Assembly (NCBI RefSeq): GCF_044232965.1
Contig: NZ_JBIIKX010000019.1
Location: 15,337-79,336 of the forward strand
DNA length: 64,000 nucleotides
From: Prosthecobacter sp.
GTDB lineage: Bacteria > Verrucomicrobiota > Verrucomicrobiia > Verrucomicrobiales > Verrucomicrobiaceae
Direction: 5' to 3'
Part shown: one piece after another, positions 62,901-64,000 of the stretch
Layout: the number at the start of each line of letters is the position of its first letter
Position numbering within the stretch: position 1 is the stretch's first letter
Notes under the pieces: generated by a model
The model's input: only the letters and a program-made list of their open reading frames with translations
Database searches by the model: none
What the model was told of the DNA's origin: nothing
Translations under genes and position numbers: made by a program

Positions 62901-63451
62901 AGAGCCAGCGCGATGTAGTTCCAGAACTCGCGCAGGTTTTTTGGCGCTTCCGGCCAGAGCGCGACGGGTTCCATGCTATGAATGGCCCACTTCGGGTGCA
63001 GGCGCACCATGTCCTGGTCGAAAATCTTGCCTGTGAGCCGGACGCGCTCGTAGCGCTTCTCCATCTTGCTCAGGTAATTCTCCTCGTCCGGGGTGAGCGG
63101 GCGTGCGAGCTTCGTCGTGAGGTTCTGCTCGAAGTCTTCTTCCTCCACCGGCGGAAGCGGCAGGGTGCCTCGGGCCTCGCGGCGTCGCACGGCCACCAGC
63201 GTGGCGCAGAGCGCGAGATTTTCCAAAGCCTCGTCGTCGTCCACGTCGGTCTCGCCATGCCAGCCGTGCTCACCTCGTAGCCACCTCACCTGCGCGGCAC
63301 GGTCGTCAAGGCGCACCTCGGCCATCATTTCGTCTGGCAGCAGCTCCAGCCCGATCACCGCGTCGTCATCTACCAGACGCTCGGCCTCCTGGCGGGTGCG
63401 TTCATCGTAGTGCTGGAGCAGCGAGGGGAGGTCGGAAACGAGACTGGTCAT
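59930..63451 (-). CDS. SNF2-family helicase with a long N-terminal SNF2-associated region
   Basis: Helicase motifs are [21 protein letters not shown] and a C-terminal helicase domain (...[43 protein letters not shown]). The [15 protein letters not shown] segment is typical of bacterial SNF2-associated domains. The start is taken at the ATG at 63449-63451. Confidence 0.92.
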   Translation of the reverse strand: [1173 protein letters not shown]

Positions 63452-63609
63452 GCGTGGATCTGAGACGCACACCGGTCAGTGGCGGGCGAACCGGAGCGAT
63501 AGCATGGACAACAGGCTTTGACAAAGGTACTGCGGATTTTTTTCGATGCCGCGACTTGGGCGTTCGTCAATGTTCTGCCTTGAATATGATGTATCAAAGG
63601 TGCAGCCCC

Positions 63610-64000
63610 TTATTTGCCCAGGCTGCCTTTGGTCTCATCATGCTGGGCCGGTGCTGATTTCTTGCTGGCGGCAGGCATCTGCAAGCCTTCCGCGCTGGCG
63701 GGCAGGGGCTGCACCTTGCCTTCCAGTGAAGGCCGGATTTCCAGATGCTTGCGCAGCAGGGATTCCTCCAGAGCCTTGTTATTGCGGTCGGCAATGTTGG
63801 CCATGGGCAGTTCGCTGAGGTCCATTTTTGGGATGAAGGGCTTCTCAACGATCTCCGGCACAGGGGAATCGAGGGTGGTGATCTCCAGGGCGGACTTTTC
63901 GCCGCTGAAAAGCCACACGCTCATGAGGCAGACTGCCGCGGTTGCGGTGGCAAGCGCCCACTTGGGCACCATCAGGTTGTCCCACCAGGTGCTGGCGCGT
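63610..64000 (-). CDS. Hypothetical single-TM protein, possibly 5'-truncated by the window edge
   Basis: The ORF has the TM segment WALATATAAVCLMSVWLF. The frame stays open upstream of the ATG at 63972 to the end of the window, so the true start may lie outside. Confidence 0.45.
   Translation of the reverse strand, partial: RASTWWDNLMVPKWALATATAAVCLMSVWLFSGEKSALEITTLDSPVPEIVEKPFIPKMDLSELPMANIADRNNKALEESLLRKHLEIRPSLEGKVQPLPASAEGLQMPAASKKSAPAQHDETKGSLGK

Noticed and set aside
26926-63451. Zorya-like defence system (MotA-like + OmpA/MotB-like + SNF2 helicase)
   Set aside because: The three components are present in the window. However, they are 9 to 30 kb apart, in different operons, and separated by housekeeping genes, so they are not a system.
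1-64000. CRISPR arrays, IS elements, integrases, prophage genes, rRNA
   Set aside because: I saw no regularly spaced repeats, transposase or integrase-like ORFs, or rRNA-like sequence while reading both strands. The only repeats are the short intergenic hairpins listed above.

Overview
High-GC (roughly 60% or more by eye), densely packed chromosomal segment. I call about 65 protein genes, 3 tRNAs and one RNase P RNA. I found no CRISPR array, transposase, integrase or rRNA. The gene content points to a PVC-group bacterium, most likely Verrucomicrobiota-like; this is inference. That content is two formylglycine-type sulfatases, a DUF1501 plus DUF1549/DUF1553 pair, a multiheme cytochrome fused to TPR repeats, a HGSNAT/DUF5009 acyltransferase and Gfo/Idh/MocA oxidoreductases.

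Main blocks:
1. 1-8249 (-): a heavy-metal efflux operon. Order is His-rich exported protein, TolC-like OMF, MFP, CusA/CzcA-type RND pump, small secreted protein, RcnA-type Ni/Co exporter with a large insertion, then a Cys-rich exported protein.
2. Housekeeping genes: rpsU, purA, cimA, hup, uppP, corA, trxB, ndk, rnpB, and gcvT-gcvH-gcvP interrupted by an Asp/Asn beta-hydroxylase-like gene.
3. 17602-21309 (-): an acetoacetate/3-hydroxybutyrate-like module of SDR, orphan ORF, CoA-transferase and thiolase.
4. Two type II toxin-antitoxin pairs, BrnT/BrnA-like and HicA/HicB. The HicAB pair sits directly behind an octaheme cytochrome/HEAT/TPR gene.
5. Cell-envelope genes: M23 peptidase, OmpA-family protein, UppP, DUF2062, a serine hydrolase and an L,D-transpeptidase.
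6. 50338-53840 (-): a tightly coupled operon of DUF1501, DUF1549/DUF1553 and a MotA/ExbB-like protein, function unknown.
7. A large SNF2-family helicase next to a divergent tRNA pair.

Nothing here is demonstrably a new system from sequence alone. The candidates most worth follow-up are:
- the DUF1501/PSD1/ExbB-like operon;
- the insertion in RcnA that resembles the adjacent secreted protein;
- an Ile-rich 20-codon leader ORF upstream of cimA;
- the octaheme-TPR gene with HicAB attached.

Many long ORFs in the supplied track are antisense shadow ORFs typical of high-GC DNA, and I rejected them.
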